From a virus, in the IMG/VR virus record IMGVR_UViG_3300017440_000001, positions 1 through 64,000 of that record: DNA of 64,000 nucleotides; one strand, written 5' to 3'. Position 1 is the first letter of the stretch. Every line of letters begins with the position of its first letter. Shown in pieces: positions 23,513 through 32,900 of this stretch. The notes beneath the pieces were generated by a model that was not told the origin of the DNA, made no database searches, and worked only from the letters and a program-made list of their open reading frames with translations. The position numbers were made by a program, and so were the translations under genes.

Positions 23513-23859
23513 CACTTCTCTCCGTTTTCATTCAAAACCAAACGCCAGCGTGTCCGCAGATAATCAAACTCGCACTCGTTGATAGCGTCTTCTAAGGCTG
23601 TGCGCAAGCGCTGATTTGCAGCAGTCAGGGTTTCGATCTGGAATGCATCCCGTTCTGAATCAGCACAGAGCTTTTCCCAACCCTGCATTGTAGCATCCAT
23701 GTTCGCGAACTCTTCATCAAGCCGACGCTTCAACTCGTCGCGTTCAGCAGTCAGGGATTCGATTTCAATCGTAACATCGCTGTAGAACACCAGCTCTCCG
23801 CCTTCATCCCGCTTCAAGACTTGTTTGGCCGTCGTTTCTGTTGTTGTGTATCTGTCCAT
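23512..23859 (-). CDS. hypothetical coiled-coil protein
   Basis: TGATG coupling. Contains EIESLTAERDEL, a motif shared with its neighbour. Confidence 0.55.
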   Translation of the reverse strand: MDRYTTTETTAKQVLKRDEGGELVFYSDVTIEIESLTAERDELKRRLDEEFANMDATMQGWEKLCADSERDAFQIETLTAANQRLRTALEDAINECEFDYLRTRWRLVLNENGEK

Positions 23860-24038
23860 CACTTCTCTCCAACCTTCGGCACAGCCACCATCTCACACTG
23901 ATAGACGTTATGGGTTTTGGCGCAAGCTGTCAATGGCAATTCGTTGAGCGGATCGAGAAAAGAGAACATGACCGCAACCGCTAGCAGGAAGCCAACAAAA
24001 GTTCCTATGATTGCGCTACCTAGCATTGCATCCCGCAT
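23859..24038 (-). CDS. 59-aa membrane protein
   Basis: MRDAMLGSAIIGTFVGFLLAVAVMFSF, one TM segment. TGATG coupling. Confidence 0.5.
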   Translation of the reverse strand: MRDAMLGSAIIGTFVGFLLAVAVMFSFLDPLNELPLTACAKTHNVYQCEMVAVPKVGEK

Positions 24039-24175
24039 CACAACACCCGCTCCCCAAAGATCATATACCCCTTCTCCAGAAGCCATGCCTTGGCCTCCTC
24101 AACGCGATCGTTGCTGATTTCGTAGTAGCCCTTGATGCGGTGGTTGGTGGCCTTGCGGTAGTGGAGGATGGTCAT
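24038..24175 (-). CDS. 45-aa hypothetical protein (below cutoff)
   Basis: RBS GGAGACAAACG then ATG. Translation MTILHYRKATNHRIKGYYEISNDRVEEAKAWLLEKGYMIFGERVL. Confidence 0.45.
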   Translation of the reverse strand: MTILHYRKATNHRIKGYYEISNDRVEEAKAWLLEKGYMIFGERVL

Positions 24176-24336
24176 CGTTTGTCTCCATTCAAATTGCCGG
24201 CAGTGTAAAGGCGAAGGTAATCTTCAGAATTGTAATTGATCTCTCGGAACTTTTCTAGAGCCTCTACCCAATCCGGCGACAAAAATATTATCACGACCTC
24301 TTTAGTCTCTACGTTTGCGATAAGATACTCTGTCAT
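24172..24336 (-). CDS. 54-aa hypothetical protein (below cutoff)
   Basis: RBS GGAGAGACGACG then ATG. ATGA overlap downstream. Confidence 0.45.
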   Translation of the reverse strand: MTEYLIANVETKEVVIIFLSPDWVEALEKFREINYNSEDYLRLYTAGNLNGDKR

Positions 24337-24388
24337 CGTCGTCTCTCCTTTGGTTCGCTGTTACGTGTAGCTGAGGATGGGTTTGGTG

Positions 24389-24565
24389 TCAATCGGAAAT
24401 GAAGTATGCAGCCGCTTCCTTAGTGTCACAGTCTTTTGCCACAAGCGTCCCTTGATCGTTGTGAACTTGCCAACCTTGGCCTTTTGCCTTTGATACAACG
24501 CCTCGATAAGTTTCAAACTTATCAAAGACATCGTAATACCCATTTACATTCTTTACAAGACGCAT
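24389..24565 (-). CDS. hypothetical protein
   Basis: RBS AAAGGAGAG then ATG 24565. Confidence 0.5.
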   Translation of the reverse strand: MRLVKNVNGYYDVFDKFETYRGVVSKAKGQGWQVHNDQGTLVAKDCDTKEAAAYFISD

Positions 24566-24591
24566 GTCATCTCTCCTTTGTCTGTAATTCA

Positions 24592-24620
24592 AATGTACCC
24601 AAAAGCGCGATAGGCGTCAA
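24592..24620 (-). promoter_or_regulatory. sigma70-like promoter TTGACG-N17-TACATT (minus strand)
   Basis: cgtcaa at 24615-24620 and aatgta at 24592-24597. Divergent from plus gene 24634. Confidence 0.5.
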
Positions 24621-24633
24621 GAGGAAAAATGAA

Positions 24634-24882
24634 ATGCCCGACATAAATCTTCCCTACGTCTGCATTGATAGCGCAGGCTGTTATCGCTTCACTCAGGACG
24701 GCTCGGAAGTCAGAGCTATCGAGAGTATCACGACCGTACAGACCGCAGAGCTAGGCCCTAGCTTCATCCGCTACACGATCACAGGTCTTGCGCGCGTGGG
24801 CAGCGAAGAAGCCCGCGTCTATTGGACGAAGGACGAAAATGGCGAAGCCATCCCGACAAAACCAGACTATCGACCTCGCTAG
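24634..24882 (+). CDS. hypothetical protein
   Basis: RBS AGAGGAAAAATGAA then ATG. Overlaps the terminase large-subunit start. Confidence 0.5.
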   Translation: MPDINLPYVCIDSAGCYRFTQDGSEVRAIESITTVQTAELGPSFIRYTITGLARVGSEEARVYWTKDENGEAIPTKPDYRPR

Positions 24883-26185
24883 GCTGCCGACTGTTGATCA
24901 GATCAAGGCCGAACTGGCGCGGCGTTCTATCGCCCGTTTCGAAGAGCGCACGCCGCCAAGCTTCAGCCCGTTCCTAGAGGCTGGCCGCTACAAGGGCGCG
25001 CATGGTGGCCGTGGTTCCGGCAAGTCACATTTCTTTGCCGAGATGCTGGTGGTTCGTGCCGCCCGCACCATGGGCTTTCGCGCCGTCTGCTTGCGCGAGG
25101 TACAGAAGAGCCTTGCACAGTCCGTCAAGCGCCTGATCAGCGACAAGATCGAGGCCTTGAAGCTTGGCCATCTTTTCGAGGTACAGGAATCGCAGATCAA
25201 GACCCCAGGTGGCGGGCTGATCATCTTCCAAGGTATGCAAAACCATACTGCCGACTCGATCAAGTCTCTAGAAGGCTTCGATCTGGCTTGGGTAGAAGAG
25301 GCGCAGAGCCTTTCCCAGAAATCGCTCAGCCTCTTGCGCCCGACCATGCGTAAGGCTGGCAGTGAGCTTTGGTTCTCTTGGAATCCAGATCAAGCTACGG
25401 ACCCGATCGACCAATTCTTGCGGACGGAAAGCCCGCCTCCTCGCTCCATCATCAAGCAAGTCAATTGGCAAGATAACCCGTTCTTCCCGGCTGAGCTTGT
25501 GGAAGAGAAGGACTATGACCTTCGCCGAGATCCCGATCGCTATGCTCACGTTTGGGAAGGCGGCTATCAAGCCCGATCAGAAGCTCGTGTCTTCCGCAAC
25601 TGGCGCGTTGACGAGTTCGAGACTCCCGAGAATGCGCGATTCTATTTCGGCGCTGACTGGGGATTTTCGAACGATCCGACGACTCTCGTCCGCATGTTCA
25701 TCGGGCGCTTCGAAGATGGCAAGCCCGTAGACGATCCCAAGGGCAAGACGCTCTTCATCGATTATGAGGTGGTCAAGATCGGCTGCTCGATCGACAAGAC
25801 GCCTGAGCTATTTGAGAAGGTTCCAGGCTCCAAGCTCTGGCCTATTCGTGCCGATAGCGCACGTCCCGAGACCATCGATTACATGGTGCGCCATGGCTAT
25901 CCGAAGATGGTTCGATCGACCAAGGGCAAGGGCTCTGTAGTCGAGGGCGTCGAGTTCCTGAAGTCCTATGACATCGTGATCCACACACGCTGTGAGCACG
26001 CAATTTCCGAGTTCACGCACTACAGCTATAAGGTCGATCCGAAGACCGACGAGATCCTACCCGTGCTCGCGGATGAGCACAACCACATTATCGACCCTGC
26101 CCGCTATGCAACAGAGCTAGTCAGGCGGGCCGATAAGTTTGGTGCTAAGACGGTTGGTTGGGGGCCGAAGCTTCTGAGCGCTTAA
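24839..26185 (+). CDS. terminase large subunit
   Basis: Walker A GGRGSGKS and Walker B-like LAWVEEAQ. C-terminal nuclease region IRADSARPE...DEHNHIIDPARY. Terminase_3/PBSX-like. Confidence 0.9.
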   Translation: MAKPSRQNQTIDLARLPTVDQIKAELARRSIARFEERTPPSFSPFLEAGRYKGAHGGRGSGKSHFFAEMLVVRAARTMGFRAVCLREVQKSLAQSVKRLISDKIEALKLGHLFEVQESQIKTPGGGLIIFQGMQNHTADSIKSLEGFDLAWVEEAQSLSQKSLSLLRPTMRKAGSELWFSWNPDQATDPIDQFLRTESPPPRSIIKQVNWQDNPFFPAELVEEKDYDLRRDPDRYAHVWEGGYQARSEARVFRNWRVDEFETPENARFYFGADWGFSNDPTTLVRMFIGRFEDGKPVDDPKGKTLFIDYEVVKIGCSIDKTPELFEKVPGSKLWPIRADSARPETIDYMVRHGYPKMVRSTKGKGSVVEGVEFLKSYDIVIHTRCEHAISEFTHYSYKVDPKTDEILPVLADEHNHIIDPARYATELVRRADKFGAKTVGWGPKLLSA

Positions 26186-26219
26186 CGTTTTCTTGGGAAG
26201 CTTTGATCAAAGCGCTCCA

Positions 26220-26339
26220 TCAATCTTGAGCTTCTTTATCAGCCTCTCGAATAGATGAAAAGCCAGAATAGATTAGTGCCCAAATTGGAATCGCAATAAG
26301 AATTCCAAAGAAAGCAAACATTGGCCAAACTTCAGTCAT
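26220..26339 (-). CDS. 39-aa membrane peptide
   Basis: MTEVWPMFAFFGILIAIPIWALIYSGF.... ATG overlaps the upstream stop. Confidence 0.4.
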   Translation of the reverse strand: MTEVWPMFAFFGILIAIPIWALIYSGFSSIREADKEAQD

Positions 26340-26577
26340 TTTGATCGTTCCCTTTAGCAAACACCTCTAGCCCGCCTTCAGACGTATTGCCATGCTCCAT
26401 CATCACGGCCTCAACGTCAGAGAACACGTCCTTTAGCCATCCCTTCTGATAGCCTTCGAACCACCAGAACGCCTTCTGCGTCTCCACGGGATATGGGCAA
26501 GCGTAGATACGCCGCCCATTCCTAAACGCCTGTTCGCCAGCAAGCGTGATGGCTTCGCGGAGAGGGTTAGTCTCCAT
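26332..26577 (-). CDS. hypothetical protein (Rmf/CrpP-like CPY...W..GY motif)
   Basis: Contains RIYACPYPVETQKAFWWFEGYQKGW. Confidence 0.5.
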   Translation of the reverse strand: METNPLREAITLAGEQAFRNGRRIYACPYPVETQKAFWWFEGYQKGWLKDVFSDVEAVMMEHGNTSEGGLEVFAKGNDQND

Positions 26578-26725
26578 AGAAACCAAACTCCTTTAGCAAA
26601 GCATAAGCTTCTTCGGCAGTCAGCACGAAATGAACTTCCTTCGTTAGTCGTGTCTTATGGAACTGTTCAAGAAGCTTGTTCTTGATCTCAAGGTTCTTCT
26701 GATCGATGAATTCAAAGTTGTTCAT
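26567..26725 (-). CDS. 52-aa hypothetical protein
   Basis: Internal ATG of ORF 26567-26827. Overlaps its neighbour by 14 nt. Confidence 0.4.
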   Translation of the reverse strand: MNNFEFIDQKNLEIKNKLLEQFHKTRLTKEVHFVLTAEEAYALLKEFGFYGD

Positions 26726-26903
26726 TTCGAACCCAATCAAGATAACGGCGCGAACGCCAAGCGTAAAAGGATGCCTTCTTTTGTAGCTTAGAAGCCGTGT
26801 CGTTGAAACCTCGCTCTCGGATCTCACGGCTCAGCATGTATTCGAAGGCGGCTTGCTGCTGATAGGCTGAAGACATGTCAGCAGCTATCTGTTTTTCGTT
26901 CAT
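26712..26903 (-). CDS. hypothetical protein
   Basis: ATGA coupling at 26903. Confidence 0.45.
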   Translation of the reverse strand: MNEKQIAADMSSAYQQQAAFEYMLSREIRERGFNDTASKLQKKASFYAWRSRRYLDWVRNEQL

Positions 26904-27058
26904 GGTAGGTGCTTTCGACAAAACAACTCCCCATCCGTCACCAACCAATCCGTATCATCGGTGCCGGCATAGGGACGATAGACCGCGCCCTCATAGGCTG
27001 TCAAGGGGTCGCCGTTGATTGAGAGGAAGGCTAGTGTTGCACGGGTGGTGATAGGCAT
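26900..27058 (-). CDS. 52-aa hypothetical protein (below cutoff)
   Basis: TAATG coupling. Translation MPITTRATLAFLSINGDPLTAYEG.... Confidence 0.4.
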   Translation of the reverse strand: MPITTRATLAFLSINGDPLTAYEGAVYRPYAGTDDTDWLVTDGELFCRKHLP

Positions 27059-27228
27059 TAAACGCTCTCCGATAAACGATCAATTGCAATCTCGATATTC
27101 TCCAAAGCGTCCGAGACGCGCGCCTCTTCGTCTTCGAAGTCGGAAACGATATCGCGCAGTTCGTCGCGGATCTTGGCTAGCTTGACGCGCTTTACTTCTA
27201 GCGCTTTTACCATTGTCTTGATGTTCAT
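27058..27228 (-). CDS. hypothetical coiled-coil protein
   Basis: RBS GAAGGAGAG then ATG 27228. Confidence 0.5.
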   Translation of the reverse strand: MNIKTMVKALEVKRVKLAKIRDELRDIVSDFEDEEARVSDALENIEIAIDRLSESV

Positions 27229-27269
27229 TTCAAATCTCTCCTTCACGGACTGCTGTAGTGGGTTTGGGG

Positions 27270-27557
27270 TTAAGCACTAGCAAAATCGCGCATTACTAGA
27301 CCTGGACCATGCGTCGAAAGAAGAACGCAGCTTGAATATTTTGAAGATAGCCAAGGCTCCGTTGTTTTTGCTGTTTTTGTTCCGAGGAATTCGCCTCTAT
27401 TTTCATCGCCTGCATTTTGGTTAGCGATATAGCGTGCTTCTTCCTCTGTATCCGCGTTAATGATAAATCCAAAAGATTTATCATACCAAGGGTCCCAAGG
27501 ATTTTCTCCAACTGGTAGTTCTGCTTCGTCAAGAGGCCGAAGAATATATGTTTGCAT
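27270..27557 (-). CDS. hypothetical protein
   Basis: RBS GGAGAGATGGA then ATG. First gene after the minus promoter. Confidence 0.55.
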   Translation of the reverse strand: MQTYILRPLDEAELPVGENPWDPWYDKSFGFIINADTEEEARYIANQNAGDENRGEFLGTKTAKTTEPWLSSKYSSCVLLSTHGPGLVMRDFASA

Positions 27558-27587
27558 TCCATCTCTCCAACAAAATCCAATACCACC

Positions 27588-27616
27588 TACCTAACCCATC
27601 CCATTCGCCCTGTCAA
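27588..27616 (-). promoter_or_regulatory. sigma70-like promoter TTGACA-N17-TAGGTA (minus strand)
   Basis: tgtcaa at 27611-27616 and taccta at 27588-27593. Confidence 0.45.
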
Positions 27617-27633
27617 CAGCGAAAGTGAAGAAA

Positions 27634-27843
27634 ATGCCGAAGCGCTATCTGATGGGCAAAAGGCCTAAAGCGATCGTCTATGACGATTTCGATCCTGAAG
27701 GCTTGCCGGATGGTCTCGATTCTCTGAGCCGCGTTGTTTTTGAACTAGAGCCTGCCGTCATGTCTACAGGCGTCCTCGATCAGTACGGCGATCCCATTCT
27801 CTACACAGACGAAATGGACCCCATCGGCTTCACAAGATTTTAG
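27634..27843 (+). CDS. hypothetical protein
   Basis: ATG 27634 within ORF 27625-27843. Confidence 0.5.
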   Translation: MPKRYLMGKRPKAIVYDDFDPEGLPDGLDSLSRVVFELEPAVMSTGVLDQYGDPILYTDEMDPIGFTRF

Positions 27844-27844
27844 C

Positions 27845-27873
27845 TTGACATTTAACTGGAAATAGTTTATACT
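27845..27873 (+). promoter_or_regulatory. near-consensus promoter TTGACA-N17-TATACT
   Basis: Lies directly upstream of the GIY-YIG gene. Confidence 0.7.
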
Positions 27874-27897
27874 ACTTGCTTTATGAGAGAGGCGAGC

Positions 27898-28596
27898 ATG
27901 GGCTGTGTTTACGAGATTACATTTCCCGATGACAGTCGTTATGTAGGGATGACGATACAAAGCCTTGGTGAGCGTCTTAGAAGTCATAGGAAAGACGCTA
28001 AGAAAAATCTACAGGCGAGTAGCTTGCAAATCAATCAATACGGTTTGCACAACGATATGGTAACAGTTCATTTTGAATCTGACGATCGTGAAATTCTTGG
28101 CCTTCTTGAATTTGAATTTATTGCGAAGCGACGACAGCAAAACTTAAAAGTTATAAATAAGGCTGAGGGCGGAATTATTAGTCGTGGCTTCACTAAAGGT
28201 GAAGAAGCGCGCAGTCATCTATCAAAATTGAAGCAAGGTGTGTACGCGGGAGAAAATAATCCGCGCGCACTTATTACCGAATCTCAAGCAAAAGAAATTC
28301 TAGAACGTTATCATGCTGGCGAGGAGCGAAAAGCTCTTCAAATCGAATTCGGACTCTCCTCTTCCTCTTTGGCGTATATGATTCAAGGTAAAACTTGGAA
28401 AAACGTCGATAGACCAGAAGGATTTTACAATCCAGGTCGAAGAAAGCTGCTTTCTGACGAACAAGTAAGAGAAATTCGTAAAAAGATTGCCGCAGGCCAG
28501 AAGCGAAAAGAGATTGCAATTGAATACGGCGTCTCTCATCCAACGATAAACGCAATCCATACAAGACGAATTTACCGTAGCGTGAAAGACAAATAA
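27898..28596 (+). CDS. GIY-YIG homing endonuclease with two C-terminal HTH-like DNA-binding repeats
   Basis: GCVYEITFPDDSRYVGMT...LGERLRSH is the GIY-YIG core. It is followed by NPRALITESQAKEIL... and KLLSDEQVREIRKK...IAIEYGVSHPTINAI. AT-rich island with its own promoter. Confidence 0.8.
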   Translation: MGCVYEITFPDDSRYVGMTIQSLGERLRSHRKDAKKNLQASSLQINQYGLHNDMVTVHFESDDREILGLLEFEFIAKRRQQNLKVINKAEGGIISRGFTKGEEARSHLSKLKQGVYAGENNPRALITESQAKEILERYHAGEERKALQIEFGLSSSSLAYMIQGKTWKNVDRPEGFYNPGRRKLLSDEQVREIRKKIAAGQKRKEIAIEYGVSHPTINAIHTRRIYRSVKDK

Positions 28597-29936
28597 TGGC
28601 CTCCATCAACCCCTTTTCTTGGTTCGGCCTAACGGGCGCTGAGCGTAAAGCCGTTGCTCCGACAAAAGAGATGGGGCGAGCGAACATTCAAACTTATGGC
28701 GGGTTCCTTTCAAGTCCTGAACGGAACCCAAAGCTCCATGGTCAAGAGAAGTTCAAGTCTTACAGCGAATACGCGAGTAACATCGCTATCGTTGGAGCCA
28801 GCATTCGTTTTTACACGGGTTTATTGACTAAGCCGAAATGGAAAGTCGATCCTGTCGATGATACTCCTGCCGCTCAGGAGTATGCAGACTTTGTGTATCG
28901 CACAATGGAAAGCCTGGATACCTCTTGGGAAAGGGTGATTCGCAGAGCTTCCGGTTTTAAGTTCAGCGGTGTGTCTCTTTCCGAATGGACCGCTCAAAAA
29001 GAATCTGATGGGTTGGTTACGTTCCGAACCATCGAGACACGCGCTCCAGGCTCTATCACTCAGTGGGATATTGATGATAGAGGCGATGTTCAAGGTTTTG
29101 TTCAGCGAGATCCGAACACCTCGGAAGAGTTTTACTTGCCTCGCGCCAAAGTCATTCTTCTGACGGATGATCTTCTGACTGATTCGCCTGAGGGTCTTGG
29201 CCTCATGCGTCACGTCGTTGAGTCTGCTGAGCGTCTAAAGACTTTTCAGCAACTTGAGCAGCGTGGATATGAGCGTGACCTTCGAGGAACGCCAATTGGG
29301 CGTGCTCCTTACGGAGCCTTGGCTGATTGGGCTGGTGATGATCCTGACCGTCAGGCTTTAGCTCAAAGCCACCTTGGAAATATTGAGAATTTTGTTAGGT
29401 TGCAACTAAAAGGCAGCGATACAGGCGCAGTCTTCGACAGCGCCACTTTTACTTCGCAGTCCGAGACAGGTCAATCAGTTTCTTCCGTTCCTCAGTGGGG
29501 TGTTGAGCTTCTTCAAGGCGGCGCCACTGGTCTTTCCGACATGGCGAAAGCCATTGAACGACTTAACATGGAAATTGCTCGTGTCTTCAATACAGAAGGC
29601 TTGATTTTGGGACAGTCCGCTTCTTCTCAAGCACTTTCGAAAGATAAGACGGACAATCTCCATTCTAGCGTTGCAAGCACACTATCTGACATGCGAAGCG
29701 CATTCGATAAGGACTACATCGGACCTTTGTGGGAGTTGAACGGCTTCCCGGACGATATGAAGCCTTCTTTTAGCATTGAAGATGTTGCGAAGACGACTGC
29801 GCAAGAAGTCAGTACAACCCTCGCCGAACTTGCTCGTGCTGGCCTTCAGCCTGACGACGAAGCCATTGATTACGTTCGGGGCATGATGGGCGTTCCCGCC
29901 GCTCCCGAAACAACCGAACTCGATACCCTCATTTAA
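28596..29936 (+). CDS. portal protein (by position and size)
   Basis: 446 aa, in the same late transcription direction as terminase and before the MuF-like gene. No motif-level proof. Confidence 0.6.
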   Translation: MASINPFSWFGLTGAERKAVAPTKEMGRANIQTYGGFLSSPERNPKLHGQEKFKSYSEYASNIAIVGASIRFYTGLLTKPKWKVDPVDDTPAAQEYADFVYRTMESLDTSWERVIRRASGFKFSGVSLSEWTAQKESDGLVTFRTIETRAPGSITQWDIDDRGDVQGFVQRDPNTSEEFYLPRAKVILLTDDLLTDSPEGLGLMRHVVESAERLKTFQQLEQRGYERDLRGTPIGRAPYGALADWAGDDPDRQALAQSHLGNIENFVRLQLKGSDTGAVFDSATFTSQSETGQSVSSVPQWGVELLQGGATGLSDMAKAIERLNMEIARVFNTEGLILGQSASSQALSKDKTDNLHSSVASTLSDMRSAFDKDYIGPLWELNGFPDDMKPSFSIEDVAKTTAQEVSTTLAELARAGLQPDDEAIDYVRGMMGVPAAPETTELDTLI

Positions 29937-29946
29937 GGAACCATCC

Positions 29947-32900
29947 ATGCCGTCTTCTGATAAGTTCGAGCGCTTGGCGACAAACAATCATAGGTATGCC
30001 TATGTGAGCGCCTTCTCCATGTCGTCCAAGACCGTTTCGGGCAAGTCAGGCCCGAATGCCAAGGTTCCCATCTACCTGAGCGGCAGTCTTGTGACGACTG
30101 TCACGGCAAATGCATCGGGTCAGTGGAATTACGTGTTCGACACGGCTCCGACCGTTGGTCAGGCGATCACGGTTGGCGGCGCGATTCAGTCGGCTCCGTT
30201 CGTTGTGACTGATAGCAATCTGCCTGTCAATCCGAGCCCGCTGATCTCGACGCAGGCCGCGCTTGTGTCGGCTCTTGCGACTGCGACGGGTGGTCAGGTG
30301 CTTCGCCTTGCCTCCAGTGGTTCGCCTTATTCGATCGCTGTAGAAAACCTTGCGCCGGCAAGCGAACTCAAGATCGTTTCCGATGATCCGTTGGTCCCTG
30401 CGACGATCGATATCGTTGCCAAGGCTGGTTCTGGTGGTGGCATTCTTTCGGGCTGGAAGAACGTCACATTCGAGAATATCAAGTTTGATCGTACCGCGCT
30501 CAACTACACGGCTCGTCAGCAGTTCGTGCCGAATATCCATCTGAATGCTCCTGATACCGTCAAGGTCATCAATTGTATCTTCAAGGGACGTGCAACGGCG
30601 CGTTGGCCCGGCGATACGAACCCAGACAGCATCACCAAGGGCGACATGGGCATTCGCTTCGTCAGTCCGAAGAACTGCGTCGTTTCCGGTAATTCGACTG
30701 ATGGCTATGGCTTCTGGCTCCAGGCAACTGGTGATGGTCAGGACAACAACACCTACTCGAACAACAACATTCGCCGCTCGCAGTTCGACGGGATGCAGTT
30801 TATCGGCGGTGGCAACGGCCTGACGGTCACGGGCAACGATATCTCTGATCTTCTCGGTTCTATCAACAACGATTCGACCGATAGCGGCAATCATGACGAC
30901 CTGATTCAGATCGCGACAAGCGGTTCGGCAACAGGCTGGGATAATATCTCCGTTCTCCGCAACTTCCTCGATGGTGGTGGCAAGGATACGCCTCAGGGTA
31001 TCTTTGTCAAGGACGAAGACCTCAAGGGCATTCGCAGCCTCACGATCTCCGATAACGCGATTCGCAATAGTCAGGCGAACGGCATCGGTGTCAACGCCAA
31101 TAGCGGCCCTGGCATCTCTGCGACGATTGCGAACAACCTCGTTCTCTGGTCGGCTGTTCCGCACGATCCGGTCGATGCTCAGATCACGCAGACGAAGCCT
31201 TTCATCAACCTGACGAACGGCGTTACGGGTACGGCTTCGAACAACCTGTCCAGTGGCTATGCCTTTACGGGCTCGACCGTTACGCAGACGGCCAACGTCA
31301 CGATCAATTACACTGATACGGCCAACGTCCTTTATGCAGAGAACATCCTTCCCGGTTCGCTCGCGACTGGTGTGGATAAGTATCGTGTTCGCGAGGCTAT
31401 GCTTCCTGTCGATTACGTCGCTGGTCCTAGCATTATCAAGCGTTCGCTTTCACTTCAGGCCAATCGCTTCTTTGGCCTCTCCGCTGGTCAGAGCAATCAG
31501 GAATATTTCTATACCAATAGCCGTATGGAATTCCAGTCGGCGCTTAACGACAATTCGCCGGCGGCCGTTTCTTATACGTTCGGCAATGGCGCGACCGAAG
31601 GGTCTGCCCTTCTCGATGTCAATAAGCCCGCTCGCGAAACTTATTATTGGTGGAACGAGACGCCGGGAACCCCTGGTCCGCGCTATGACAAGTGGTCCGC
31701 TGCCGTCGATGCAGCAGTTGCTGCCGGTCGCCGCGTAGACTTCACGATCTGGAACCAGGGCGAAGGCGATGCTTTCTTCATCGGTGCCAGCGATGCACAG
31801 GCGACACGCTACTTCAATGCTCGCGCGCTCCTGTTCGCAACCATGCGCGCCAAGGTTCCGGGGCTGAGGATCTTCCTCGCGCCCATGAACCGCCGCGACG
31901 TGGATTACTCCGCGCTAACGGCCAACTACATCGCGGGTATCGAGAAGATCCGCGATTTCGATCCGGTTTATGCAGCGGCGAATCCTAGCTTCTGCACGAT
32001 TCTACCGGAAATGTACGATCAGCCGGGCGATGGCGGAGCACACTCCGTCGATGCCGGTTATGACACGCTGGCAATTCGTTTTGCTCGCAAGATCGCCAAG
32101 ACCTATGGCTACACTGTATCCGGTGGCGTCGATGGTCCGCGTCTTATTGCGGCTGCGCGTAACGGCACGACGGTCGTCTTTGAGTTCGCTCATGATGGCG
32201 GCACGGCGCTTACTCCTGCAAGTGCGAATGAAGGCCTTCGCTACACAGCCAACGGCACGGCAATTGCTCTGTCGAATATCGCCGTGACGGATGCAACTCA
32301 TGTGACGGCAACGCTTGCCAGCACGCCCGCGAATGGTGCAACGGAAGTCGCCGAGTTCGGCTATGGGACGCTTGGCACGATCGTCTGGCAGAACATGATC
32401 CGCGACAACCAGACGGTTCCTCTGCCTGTGCGTCACGGCAAGGTTACGCCGACTGTCAATGCAGCGTCTGACACGACGCCTCCGGTCATCACGAGCCCGG
32501 CGACTGGCACGACGGCGAACAACACGGCCTATACCACGACGTTGACGGCCAACGAGCCGGTTACCTTCTCCAAGCGTACCGGAGATCAGACGGCCAACTT
32601 CACTCTGACACAGGCGACCGTTCCTTCCACGACGGCGACCCTGACCTTCCCTGCAACCACGACGGCCGGCACGAACATCGCGAACCTTCGGGCAACCGAT
32701 GCGGCTACAACGCCGAACGTCACCGACTTCACGCATACTCTAACCGTCAACGCGGCAACGGCCAACATCTCTTCTGTTTGGTCTAACCCGCTCTTCAACC
32801 GCAAGGCCTCGGTCAATAACGGCCAGACGCTTCAGAACCAGATTGCGGCACCGGCGGATAGTTCTACGCAGACCGCTTATGATGCATTCCTCGGCTCGTC

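Noticed and set aside
30046-31164. 372-aa antisense ORF. Similar long antisense ORFs occur at 32002-32736, 39179-40261, 47233-48006, 53837-54859, 1248-2087 and 9588-10283.
   Set aside because: These are shadow ORFs opposite well-supported genes with recognisable domains. Their translations are Arg/Ser/Pro-rich low-complexity sequence, and they lack RBS or coupling signals.
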